DNA of 47,977 nt from a virus (lineage: Duplodnaviria; Heunggongvirae; Uroviricota; Caudoviricetes). The stretch lies in IMG/VR virus record IMGVR_UViG_3300028591_000125, one strand, 5' to 3'. Position numbers and translations under genes: made by a program. Under the pieces are notes generated by a model, which saw only the letters and a list, made by a program, of their open reading frames with translations, was not told the origin of the DNA and did not search any database. Positions within the stretch are counted from its first letter, which is position 1; every line of letters begins with the position of its first letter. Shown piece after piece: positions 8,023 through 17,059 of the stretch.

Positions 8023-8235
8023 ATGATAGAAGTTAGGAAATATTGGTCATGGAGTAGAGCTTATTTAATATCTGTGTTTTATGAGGATGGTGAAATACGA
8101 ACTTGTTACTGGGACTCACATAAAAAGATAAGTAAGAAGTTTGCCAAGTCTCTTTTAAATATAGATAAAAATAAAAATATATCTATAGTAACATTAGGAA
8201 ATTTTAGAAACGTAATATTCAAGTATAAAATATAA
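8023..8235 (+). CDS. Small basic paralogue-family protein (stand-alone unit)
   Basis: DSHKKISKKFA motif; has its own upstream motif and downstream terminator. Confidence 0.7.
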   Translation: MIEVRKYWSWSRAYLISVFYEDGEIRTCYWDSHKKISKKFAKSLLNIDKNKNISIVTLGNFRNVIFKYKI

Positions 8236-8268
8236 AAGGGAAGTAAATTAATACTCCCCTTATTTTTT
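8235..8268. terminator. Bidirectional intrinsic terminator
   Basis: aaggg(a)agta...tactcccctt flanked by A and T tracts, between convergent genes. Confidence 0.6.
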
Positions 8269-8713
8269 ATAACATCACAAACAAAAATGAAATTCTAGTC
8301 TGATCTGCAAATATAAAAGTAAGTCTGTGTGTTTTATCCATCTTAAAAACGAAGTCAAGTTCAGTTTCTGGAGCCTGTTCAATTTCATCAAGTATAATAG
8401 TTTGAAGAAAATTAGGTTCCACGGCTTTAGAATCACCACTAAACTCTATTTCATCTTCAGGGTTAAATAGTACTTCTTCACCATCATATTCTTCTCCGTT
8501 TAAAAGTATAGAAACATTTAAATACTTTGCTACTTCAGGATCAATTGTGGGATCTTGACTGGTTATAACAGGATCACCAAAAACTAGAGCATAATCATCT
8601 TGGTTACATGAATACTTAGTTTTTTGTGAAGCTTGATACTGAGCACTCCCTGGATAAGATTCATAGAGATCAGTATTATAAGCCTCATTGTTGTAAAAAA
8701 TTATATCTTCCAT
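8267..8713 (-). CDS. Acidic hypothetical protein, similar to the C-terminus of 9683..10465
   Basis: MDKTHRLTFIFADQTRISFLF resembles TNRDHRISIMWEPGKVVESFLF. Confidence 0.7.
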   Translation of the reverse strand: MEDIIFYNNEAYNTDLYESYPGSAQYQASQKTKYSCNQDDYALVFGDPVITSQDPTIDPEVAKYLNVSILLNGEEYDGEEVLFNPEDEIEFSGDSKAVEPNFLQTIILDEIEQAPETELDFVFKMDKTHRLTFIFADQTRISFLFVML

Positions 8714-8717
8714 AACA

Positions 8718-9614
8718 TTATTTATCAGTTATATATTCTGGATGATCTGCTACCCAGTTAGTAGGACAATTTACTCTTCGTCTGAAATATGCAGTACCTA
8801 GATTATGGAAATAACCATCTTCTGCAACATTATCTAACCAAGAATCTAAACATCCCTTAGCAGAGTTATCATTAGCATAAATAGTAATCTCATTTAATAA
8901 AGTACAACCCTGAAACATATATTCATAACATTGACCAACTAAAGTAGTAGCGGGTAATTGTGGTGCTTCAGTTAATGCTGTACAAGCAGAGAACATAGCT
9001 TGATAACAATCATTAGCTAATGTAGTTGCCGGTAATTGAGGAGCTTCTGTTAATGATGTACAACCAGCAAACATAAAGGAATAACATTCTTCAGTTAGTG
9101 TAGTAGCAGGTAATATTAAATCCTTTGCAGAAACTAAGGAAGGTGCATCTTCGAATAAGTGACCGAAAGTATACTCGCTTCCTTCCGGAAAACTGGTCTT
9201 ATCTTCAAAGTTATCACTATATAACAATGACATAATATTACCACCTACATTAAAGTCTTTATTAGAATTGATAGTCCAGTAATTCCAAGAAGTCTGTACT
9301 GCACGTAAGTATGTTTTATCGGTTACTTCAAAACTATACGTATCATTATCTAATTCTAATGGTACCCATGTTTCACCGTCCTCTGATATTTCTATACTAG
9401 TAAAAGCCGCACCTGAACTTTTATTATTTGTGATTGTAAATGTTGCTGACTCGTTACTAATATTCTCTATGTAGAAATAGGTATGCTTATCTACTGGAGG
9501 TTCTGGATTACTATATTCTTCCGGTCCTATTTGAGTAGATCCCGATTTATTAGAATTCCTTACTAAATTTCCATTATAGGGCAGTAAATCAAAGTAATTT
9601 TCTATATTTTTCAT
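8718..9614 (-). CDS. Leucine-rich repeat protein (LPATTL repeats, BspA-like Bacteroidota type)
   Basis: Three 24-aa repeats of LPATTLxxxCYxxMFxxCTxLxEAPQ. Confidence 0.8.
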   Translation of the reverse strand: MKNIENYFDLLPYNGNLVRNSNKSGSTQIGPEEYSNPEPPVDKHTYFYIENISNESATFTITNNKSSGAAFTSIEISEDGETWVPLELDNDTYSFEVTDKTYLRAVQTSWNYWTINSNKDFNVGGNIMSLLYSDNFEDKTSFPEGSEYTFGHLFEDAPSLVSAKDLILPATTLTEECYSFMFAGCTSLTEAPQLPATTLANDCYQAMFSACTALTEAPQLPATTLVGQCYEYMFQGCTLLNEITIYANDNSAKGCLDSWLDNVAEDGYFHNLGTAYFRRRVNCPTNWVADHPEYITDK

Positions 9615-9635
9615 ATTATTTTAATTTAGTTATTT

Positions 9636-9668
9636 AAAAAGGGAGACTACTTAATTTCATCTCCCTTA
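9636..9668 (-). terminator. Intrinsic terminator
   Basis: gggaga...tctccc stem with a T tract on the minus strand. Confidence 0.55.
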
Positions 9669-9682
9669 TTATTTTATTCTTC

Positions 9683-10465
9683 TTATCTATTTACAGTGAA
9701 AAGGAATGACTCAACGACTTTACCAGGTTCCCACATAATAGAAATTCTGTGATCTCTGTTTGTGTAGAAGGTTATAGGCCCATCTAATACCTCAAGAGCA
9801 TATTCCTTACCGTCTATAGTTACGAGAGGTTGGAAGTATCTAGTTTTGGGGAATCTGCTTGCTAGATCTTTACTTACATTAATCTGAACTTTATATTTAT
9901 TAGGACCATATACATCACCCTCTCCTGGCTCTATAAATTCACAGGTTGAGGCGGTATTTACTTGACCGGGATCTGCATATTCATAGTAAGTGTAAACAGT
10001 TTCTGTAGTTTCAGTAGTAGTATTTATCTTAACAACACTACCGTCTTCTGGAAGTGGGTCGTGGCTTTGTACGGTAGTTTGCCAGTTTTCGTCATCAGTA
10101 TATTCAGCAAGAATTGTTCCTTCATAAGTTTCTCCAAGTGTCTCCCAGTTACTTCCATCATATTGAAAATACTCTGTGGTGATAGTAGTAACAGTTTCTT
10201 CAGTTTCTAGACGAAAGATATCACCGACTTCCCAATCTTCTTTACCATTAAGGTGCTCTTCATCTGACATAGGAGGAAGGCTAGTATCAGTATCTGTAGG
10301 TTCTTTTTCAGGTTCATCAGTAAGTTTAACAAAATCAAAATAATCATGCATTCCAGGGTAGAAGCTTTCATTTTTAATAAAATCAGTGTAAGCGCTTACT
10401 AACATTTCATCATCATGGCGTTGATATGTAATAAATACAACACCTTTTTCATTATTATTACTCAT
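9683..10465 (-). CDS. Acidic Thr-rich hypothetical protein, possibly virion-associated
   Basis: 260 aa with an internal repeat (ETEETVTTITTEYFQY / TTTETTETVYTYYEY). Confidence 0.75.
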   Translation of the reverse strand: MSNNNEKGVVFITYQRHDDEMLVSAYTDFIKNESFYPGMHDYFDFVKLTDEPEKEPTDTDTSLPPMSDEEHLNGKEDWEVGDIFRLETEETVTTITTEYFQYDGSNWETLGETYEGTILAEYTDDENWQTTVQSHDPLPEDGSVVKINTTTETTETVYTYYEYADPGQVNTASTCEFIEPGEGDVYGPNKYKVQINVSKDLASRFPKTRYFQPLVTIDGKEYALEVLDGPITFYTNRDHRISIMWEPGKVVESFLFTVNR

Positions 10466-10477
10466 ATTTTTTTTTGG

Positions 10478-11179
10478 TTATTTTGTTTTGGACATAATAA
10501 GTCCATTAATTCTAGATAGATAATTACCGCCATGAGGACTTAGTATATATTCTATCTTTTTCACATCAACTACCCTGCTTTCGTCAACCCATTCGAAAAT
10601 TAACATTCCTATAGGTTGATCTACTCCGGGGATACTAACAAAGACCTGTTTTACAGATCCATCATTTCCATTAAATAGTTCAAAAGCTCCTGGGAATTTA
10701 TAACAGAACATAGAATCTTCTGAAGAAACTATGTCGTGTTTTAATTCCTCATATAAATTTGTTATAGCTCCTGTATTTATATCCTTATATAAACCTTCAG
10801 GAACCATAGACACATTATAACTTGAAGCTTGTAAAACCATATCAGCATATTTAAACGGTATGCCAACTAAATTTTCTTTACTGTTGTGATATTCAAAATA
10901 AAGCACTCGATCTGCTCTAGTATGTGCTCTTATTTCATTTAGTATAGGTTGAAGACATTGCAGGAGTTCATCTCTTTGTTTCATTTTTTCATTATGTTCT
11001 TCAGTATTTATTTCCTGCACTAATTCTATACATTCTTTTATTACTGTTTTAAAGTTTACTATACCTATAACGAGTAATACTAAGAAAACATACTTAACTA
11101 TTTTGTTGAATCCTATTTTTTGATCTATCCTAACGAGAAAATCTGATATTTCTTTTAGTTTATTCAGAAATTGCTCCAT
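10478..11179 (-). CDS. Putative T4 gpT-type holin (single TM helix plus GAF-like soluble domain)
   Basis: One hydrophobic segment YVFLVLLVIGIVNF, a coiled region, then ADRVLYFEYHNS...GIPF; sits at the end of the tail operon. Confidence 0.55.
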   Translation of the reverse strand: MEQFLNKLKEISDFLVRIDQKIGFNKIVKYVFLVLLVIGIVNFKTVIKECIELVQEINTEEHNEKMKQRDELLQCLQPILNEIRAHTRADRVLYFEYHNSKENLVGIPFKYADMVLQASSYNVSMVPEGLYKDINTGAITNLYEELKHDIVSSEDSMFCYKFPGAFELFNGNDGSVKQVFVSIPGVDQPIGMLIFEWVDESRVVDVKKIEYILSPHGGNYLSRINGLIMSKTK

Positions 11180-14100
11180 TCTGTATATAAAATCTAAAGT
11201 TAAAATCTATATCTTCGTATCTCAGTATCATTACAACACGAATCATAGAATCTGAATTTCCCAAGTTTCTTATTCTTATTACTCTTTGATCTACATTGTT
11301 ATTATTAGTTGCAAATTTTAAGTCTATAAATTCTGGAGTGGTTATAGTAGGTCTGAAGTCTGTAATATTAGAGTTTCTCAAATCTACTTCACTTACTATT
11401 TTTCCATTAACACCATATACACCCTTACTTAATTTAATAGGAACGTCAAGTAAGTCTGTTATTCTATATACCGTATTTTGATCAGTTCCTATGATATAAT
11501 CAGAAACACAAGAAGAAGCCCAAGTGTAAGTATAAGTTTCGCCTTCTCCTCTTTGTATCAGTCCTATAATATTATCGGCCGTATTTATGTTGTTAATGTT
11601 ATCTCTTCTAAAATTACCATAAAAAACATTGGAAAGCTCATTAAAATTCTGTACTCTTATTGTATTCATCTCAAAAGGATCATCAAAATTACTCGTAGAT
11701 CTCAGTAAACCTAATTGAAAACTTGTATATTCTTGATAACCGCGCAAAGATTCACACACACAAATTATATCACCGTCATTATAATCGTCGGGATTTGGGT
11801 AACTATCGACGTAAGTTTCGGTGTATCTTAGTGTGTAATTATTTAGCGCGACCCAATTTCCGTTTCTTTTCTGATAAATTCCACTTATATCTCCCACCGT
11901 TAAGTCTGTAAATTTTTCTCCCTCTTGTCTACCTATTTTAATTCTAAATCCATCTAGGAAGTAGTTGAATTTATTAGGTTTCAATTTCATTCTAACATCA
12001 TAAGACATAACTCCATCTGCTTGTTGTTGTCCTTGTGGTGTTATTCGGGTAGATTCAATTTCAACTCCTTCACATTTTATATTAGACTCACCGAAATTAA
12101 GAATATCAGTACTAAGGCGGAAACTAAGTGTATTGGTTTTTATATCTCCTTGTGCATTAAAATATAACTTCCTTGTATCTATATTAACCTTTCCATGATA
12201 AACCGGCTGAACAAATTTTACTATTACACTACTCTCATATCCATCTTCTATATTCGTAAATGTAAAACTAGCTGTCCTCGGTGAATTGGTTTGATTAGGT
12301 AGGAAATTAATCTGAAAATTATTAGTTCCTATAGTCGGGTTTGCTCCATGTGTAAAAGAGAAAAACCCAGGAACATTATTATAAGAAGGAGTAATTTGAG
12401 AACCAGAATCACCATAATTAAGACGGCTATTTATAGAAAACAAACCTATCATGAATCTAAAAGTATCACCATCTTCAGGAACTAGTATCTCAATTGCAGG
12501 ATTTGGACCTATATAAACTTTAGGCTCTTCATTCTCCTCATCTCCAAAATTATGTACTATCGCTTTTGTAATCCTCTTCTGTCTTAATCTTACCTGATCA
12601 CCAGAAAGTACAAGTCTAGAAGTATAATCAGAAAAATCATAAAAATACCAATTATCTACCATATCTCCAATTCCAAATCCATTTCCCGCTTGATCTCCTT
12701 TTAATATTAATTGCCCAGATATACCAGACCTCATTAATATAGAAGAAGAGTTAGGGAAATTATTTGGAGCTAGTAATTCAGGTATTTCTTCTGTCTTATA
12801 AATAAAATACTGAGAAGATCCTGTTTCTGTAATAACCTCTATATATAAGTCAGAACCATTAAAAGTAGAATAAATTGTAGACCCGCTTGACCTTAAAAAA
12901 TTATATCCACTACAATAAACTCCATTAACAACTAACTTCTCTGCACCTACTCTAGATACAAGAAAATGAAAACAAGTCCAAGTATTAGAAGTAGTATCAT
13001 GTTTATAGTAAGTTGTATAGTCACCATTAGATATCTTCTTTTTTCTTTGATCTGGTTCTGGATCACTAGGAAGTCTATATTTACCGTCTGAGTCTGGATT
13101 TAGTTCTGTATAACTACTTAAATCCTCAGAACTACCTAAAGAATTATCTACATTAATTATATTTTGTCCAGCCCCTAGTAAATCAAAACCCCTTCTATAA
13201 ATTTGTCCACTATATTCACAGTATTCAAATAATGGAGTTTGAGTTGGATTGAAATAACCATTATTATACTCAGTTTCAGTCACATGATGTATTGAAACAC
13301 CTCCAGGTAGTTTATCAATTTTGTAATATCTATAGTAAAGAGGAAGTAAGTAATCGTCTATACTATAACCCAGATCTCTTTGTTTGACCCAGGAAGTAGA
13401 TTCTTCACTAGGTTCATTTCCTAGGTTTTCATCTTCATTACTAGACCATACCGCCCAGGAAGTTTCTCCTTCATAGATAACTAGGTTTCCGGTATTATAA
13501 GTTAAGTTACGATTCCAAAGATCTATAGCTGAAAAGTGAAGAACATTGATACCCATTCCTCTAGTAGTATCTATTAAATTTTGTCCAACCTTAACTAATG
13601 AACCGAGGGGAGCAAAATCATTAGCCTCCACAAAAGCACTAGATCTATTATACTCAGTTAATCCTAGTGTATGTGTTATCAGTTCTGCAGAGTTTCGTGT
13701 TAATGTAGTTAGACCATCTTGTACCTGTATGTAAGTGTAGGTGTTATCATTTATAGTTTCCGGAATGCAATAGTAATAGTCATCTCCTAATTTATAAAGA
13801 TGATTTTTTATAGCAATCTCGGCCGGTAAAGAATAAACTACATCACATCCTGTACTAACCACTTCCCATCCTGTTTCTACTGAGGGCGGTTCAGAGTCAA
13901 GAGAAGAACTAACTAATAACTTCCAAACTTTATCATCATACAAAGCTAAAGACCCAACTCCAGTAAATCCAAGACCTCTCCACTCAACAGGATATTTTGT
14001 AGTTGGACCGTGAGTAGTAGAATCAATCCTATATAACGGTTCTGCTTTAAGTAAAAATTCTCCGGCCGTTAATAGTCTCTTATAATTATTCCAGGTCGAT

Positions 14101-15500
14101 ATATAACAAGGAATAATATCTGAGTTTTCTAATCCTAATGCTACTCTATACTGTCTCCTCGTTTCTAGTAATTCAGTTATCGTGTTTTCTATATTATCCT
14201 CTGTCGCTTGGTTGGTATTCGTTACATTTACTAGGATCGAATAAGAACTTCCATTTTTATTTACAACCCTTAATCTCTTTCCTAATCCAGCCTCATAAGA
14301 ATCTAAGTAATAAAGAGAATCACCAAAACTATTACTAAACGTTTCTGCTACTGTTCCTGGTGTTTCTATAAGACTCGATAATAACTGATTTTGTACGGCC
14401 GAATTAAGAAACGCATTAAACCCTACTGGACTTAGATAGTTTTTTAAATTCGAATAACTACTATACTCAGATAAAAGGTAAGGTCTATAATTCTCCGGCC
14501 GTCTATTCTTTACTACCATTGAAATAGTTTGATCAGCTAGTATATTATTTATTACCGTACACTCCACTTCATTACTTATAACTGGAATAAATGAACCTAT
14601 ATTACTGTCTATATGGTACCTGAAAACTCTAGTCTCTCCGGCAAATTCTATATCTTCACTACTATAATCTTCAAGGTAAACATCATATTGCCCCCTCTGC
14701 TTTATTAGAATCGCTTTTTCGTCGGTACCAAAAACTTCATCTATCTCCTCCTGCGTGTAATAATATCTATAATCGGCCGGAATAAGAGGTGAATAAGCAA
14801 AATTGAAATCTAAGTAATATGCCCAAATATCTTCATTAACTGAACCTGAAGCAACTAGTATTTCAGGATATCCATCAGCCGGCCGTATAAGATATCCAGT
14901 TCCAGCCTCCCCAGAATCAGAAATAGTAAAAGACCCAATTCCATAAACATTCTGAAGAGCATTAAAACCAGAATCCGAAAACATTACCTTGACTACTTTG
15001 TGAGCTGGTATATAAGAACGTATATATAATGTCCCTAAATCTATACTCCTAAGCTCTTCATTCCGCCTAGTACAATTTAAACTGATCTTCCTCTTAAACC
15101 CATCTTCAGTAATCCAAAGTTCAGATAAAGCATAATAAACATTGCCTAAAGAATGTTCACCCGCCTCTAAAAGTATATTATCAAAATACAAATCAAAAGG
15201 CTGAGTCGATATTATATTTACAGTTTGAGTAGTAGAAGAATTAATATCAAAAGAACCGTATATATCTAAAAATACTGTACTTCTATCCCCCTCAACTTGT
15301 ATCTTGGGAATTTCAGGCTTAGAAAAAACAGGATAATATATAAAATTTTCCTTTTTCTCAGATAAATACCTAAAATCCCTTCTATTAAGACTCGTAGAAA
15401 CCCCAGATATATTAATACTATAAGACTCATTAATATACTCAAAATCAGAATTAGTGGCGTTTTTACAAGTTACATTTCCTATATATTTTTCCTGTTTCAT
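11160..15500 (-). CDS. Large tail-associated protein with CBM5/12-like and BACON-like segments
   Basis: 1446 aa; WNRNLTYNTGNLVIY...EPSEESTSW module; INFLPNQTNSPRTASFTF is BACON-like. Confidence 0.65.
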   Translation of the reverse strand: MKQEKYIGNVTCKNATNSDFEYINESYSINISGVSTSLNRRDFRYLSEKKENFIYYPVFSKPEIPKIQVEGDRSTVFLDIYGSFDINSSTTQTVNIISTQPFDLYFDNILLEAGEHSLGNVYYALSELWITEDGFKRKISLNCTRRNEELRSIDLGTLYIRSYIPAHKVVKVMFSDSGFNALQNVYGIGSFTISDSGEAGTGYLIRPADGYPEILVASGSVNEDIWAYYLDFNFAYSPLIPADYRYYYTQEEIDEVFGTDEKAILIKQRGQYDVYLEDYSSEDIEFAGETRVFRYHIDSNIGSFIPVISNEVECTVINNILADQTISMVVKNRRPENYRPYLLSEYSSYSNLKNYLSPVGFNAFLNSAVQNQLLSSLIETPGTVAETFSNSFGDSLYYLDSYEAGLGKRLRVVNKNGSSYSILVNVTNTNQATEDNIENTITELLETRRQYRVALGLENSDIIPCYISTWNNYKRLLTAGEFLLKAEPLYRIDSTTHGPTTKYPVEWRGLGFTGVGSLALYDDKVWKLLVSSSLDSEPPSVETGWEVVSTGCDVVYSLPAEIAIKNHLYKLGDDYYYCIPETINDNTYTYIQVQDGLTTLTRNSAELITHTLGLTEYNRSSAFVEANDFAPLGSLVKVGQNLIDTTRGMGINVLHFSAIDLWNRNLTYNTGNLVIYEGETSWAVWSSNEDENLGNEPSEESTSWVKQRDLGYSIDDYLLPLYYRYYKIDKLPGGVSIHHVTETEYNNGYFNPTQTPLFEYCEYSGQIYRRGFDLLGAGQNIINVDNSLGSSEDLSSYTELNPDSDGKYRLPSDPEPDQRKKKISNGDYTTYYKHDTTSNTWTCFHFLVSRVGAEKLVVNGVYCSGYNFLRSSGSTIYSTFNGSDLYIEVITETGSSQYFIYKTEEIPELLAPNNFPNSSSILMRSGISGQLILKGDQAGNGFGIGDMVDNWYFYDFSDYTSRLVLSGDQVRLRQKRITKAIVHNFGDEENEEPKVYIGPNPAIEILVPEDGDTFRFMIGLFSINSRLNYGDSGSQITPSYNNVPGFFSFTHGANPTIGTNNFQINFLPNQTNSPRTASFTFTNIEDGYESSVIVKFVQPVYHGKVNIDTRKLYFNAQGDIKTNTLSFRLSTDILNFGESNIKCEGVEIESTRITPQGQQQADGVMSYDVRMKLKPNKFNYFLDGFRIKIGRQEGEKFTDLTVGDISGIYQKRNGNWVALNNYTLRYTETYVDSYPNPDDYNDGDIICVCESLRGYQEYTSFQLGLLRSTSNFDDPFEMNTIRVQNFNELSNVFYGNFRRDNINNINTADNIIGLIQRGEGETYTYTWASSCVSDYIIGTDQNTVYRITDLLDVPIKLSKGVYGVNGKIVSEVDLRNSNITDFRPTITTPEFIDLKFATNNNNVDQRVIRIRNLGNSDSMIRVVMILRYEDIDFNFRFYIQNGAISE

Positions 15501-15506
15501 ATAAAT

Positions 15507-17057
15507 TTACTGTATAAAATATTCACACTCAACTTCAAGATTAGGTAAAGATGATTGCGTGATTTCTAATGTATTATCCCCTGCTTCAACTTGTAATGAT
15601 TGGTCTGTAACAGATTCAGTTGTTGGGGTTGCAAGAGGATAAACAATAATTACTGGTGTTCCGTTAGCGTACTGCGTTGCGAGGAATGTTGCCCACGCTG
15701 CCGCATCTGCATAGTCGCTCATAGTTGGATAACAACCCAAACGGATATTTAATCCACCTACATAGATACGTGTAGAATTGGAATTAATCGCAGGAACGAC
15801 TGAACCTTTCACTCCTTTAAGATGAGTGCAAAATATCGCTACATCTGCGCTTGTGTCCACATCGGATATTAAATTATCTACATAGAATACTACACCGTTG
15901 CTCGACTTAACCCAACTTTCACTTCCATCCAACACCTTTATTCCGATTTTCCGGTTCACCACACCGCTTAGTATCTCTTGTGTGTCTGTATAACCAGGTA
16001 ATGATAGGAGGTCTTGACATGTTGCGGTATTATCTAGTTGAAGCTTGTAAGTATTTAATGTAGCTGTGTTAATATAATGAAATCGTATATATCTAGTAGT
16101 TGAATCTGTTGTAAATGTATACTCTGTTCCAGTAACTGCATCTCTCCTAGATATAAATATTTTATCTACATCATAGCTTGCCAATCGAAAATAATATGTA
16201 AGCTGACCAACATCCCCTCCTAAAATATCACCACTAATTTTGTAAGTTTGATTTGGAAGAATAGGTATATATGATTCACAAAAATTAACTCCGTTATTTG
16301 ATACTAATTCTCCATTTTCTGTAATCGCTTTATTAGGTACAATAGTAAGTGAGGTAAAATCAACTAAATTCTCACTACTTATCTTAATTGTTTCAGTATT
16401 TCCTTCTGTATAAATTTCCCCATAAGAGCGATAAGTAGTGGCAGATGTTCCTAATTCAAACTGCTGCGAATTTTTTTGAGACATATCAAAACTATATCTC
16501 ATATAATATATATTAGTTGGTATTGTAACGGATAACTCATAATCATCTGTTAAGTTATTATAAACATCTTGACTTATTATTTCTTTACTAGAATTGAAAA
16601 AATTCACTCTTAGATTGAGGGTTATATTCGTGTATCCAGATAATACATAAACATTTTCTGGTACTACTGGTATATAATCTGATAAGGATAGGATATCATT
16701 AGAGGTGTATTGAAGACTAGCATTGTAATAATATCCATCAGTACAAGTATATTTATTAAACAAATTCCCACTAACTTTAAGAACTCCATTATTACACACT
16801 ATATCAACTGGGTGTTCTGGTGTAGGCGTTCCGTTTTGCTCGCACTTACCATAAGCCTTGACATATTGGAGGGAGTTTTGTTCTGCGTTATCTAGTGTTT
16901 TTGGAGTTATATTAAAATCTATCACTTTTCTTTTTGGTATGCTCTGTATCGCCCCAGCCATTTCACTAGGGAGGTATGTATCAGAAACACCTAACTTGGA
17001 TCTTATTGCATCCGCTATATCCGTTAAGTTTGTATCGTCTATAAATGCTTTACTCAT
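15507..17057 (-). CDS. Putative receptor-binding/tail fibre protein
   Basis: N-terminal adaptor TNLTDIADAIRSKLG...LPSEM; two CBM-like repeats (SDYIPVVP / ESYIPILP); C-terminal LATQYANGTPVIIVYP. Confidence 0.7.
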   Translation of the reverse strand: MSKAFIDDTNLTDIADAIRSKLGVSDTYLPSEMAGAIQSIPKRKVIDFNITPKTLDNAEQNSLQYVKAYGKCEQNGTPTPEHPVDIVCNNGVLKVSGNLFNKYTCTDGYYYNASLQYTSNDILSLSDYIPVVPENVYVLSGYTNITLNLRVNFFNSSKEIISQDVYNNLTDDYELSVTIPTNIYYMRYSFDMSQKNSQQFELGTSATTYRSYGEIYTEGNTETIKISSENLVDFTSLTIVPNKAITENGELVSNNGVNFCESYIPILPNQTYKISGDILGGDVGQLTYYFRLASYDVDKIFISRRDAVTGTEYTFTTDSTTRYIRFHYINTATLNTYKLQLDNTATCQDLLSLPGYTDTQEILSGVVNRKIGIKVLDGSESWVKSSNGVVFYVDNLISDVDTSADVAIFCTHLKGVKGSVVPAINSNSTRIYVGGLNIRLGCYPTMSDYADAAAWATFLATQYANGTPVIIVYPLATPTTESVTDQSLQVEAGDNTLEITQSSLPNLEVECEYFIQ

Positions 17058-17059
17058 AT

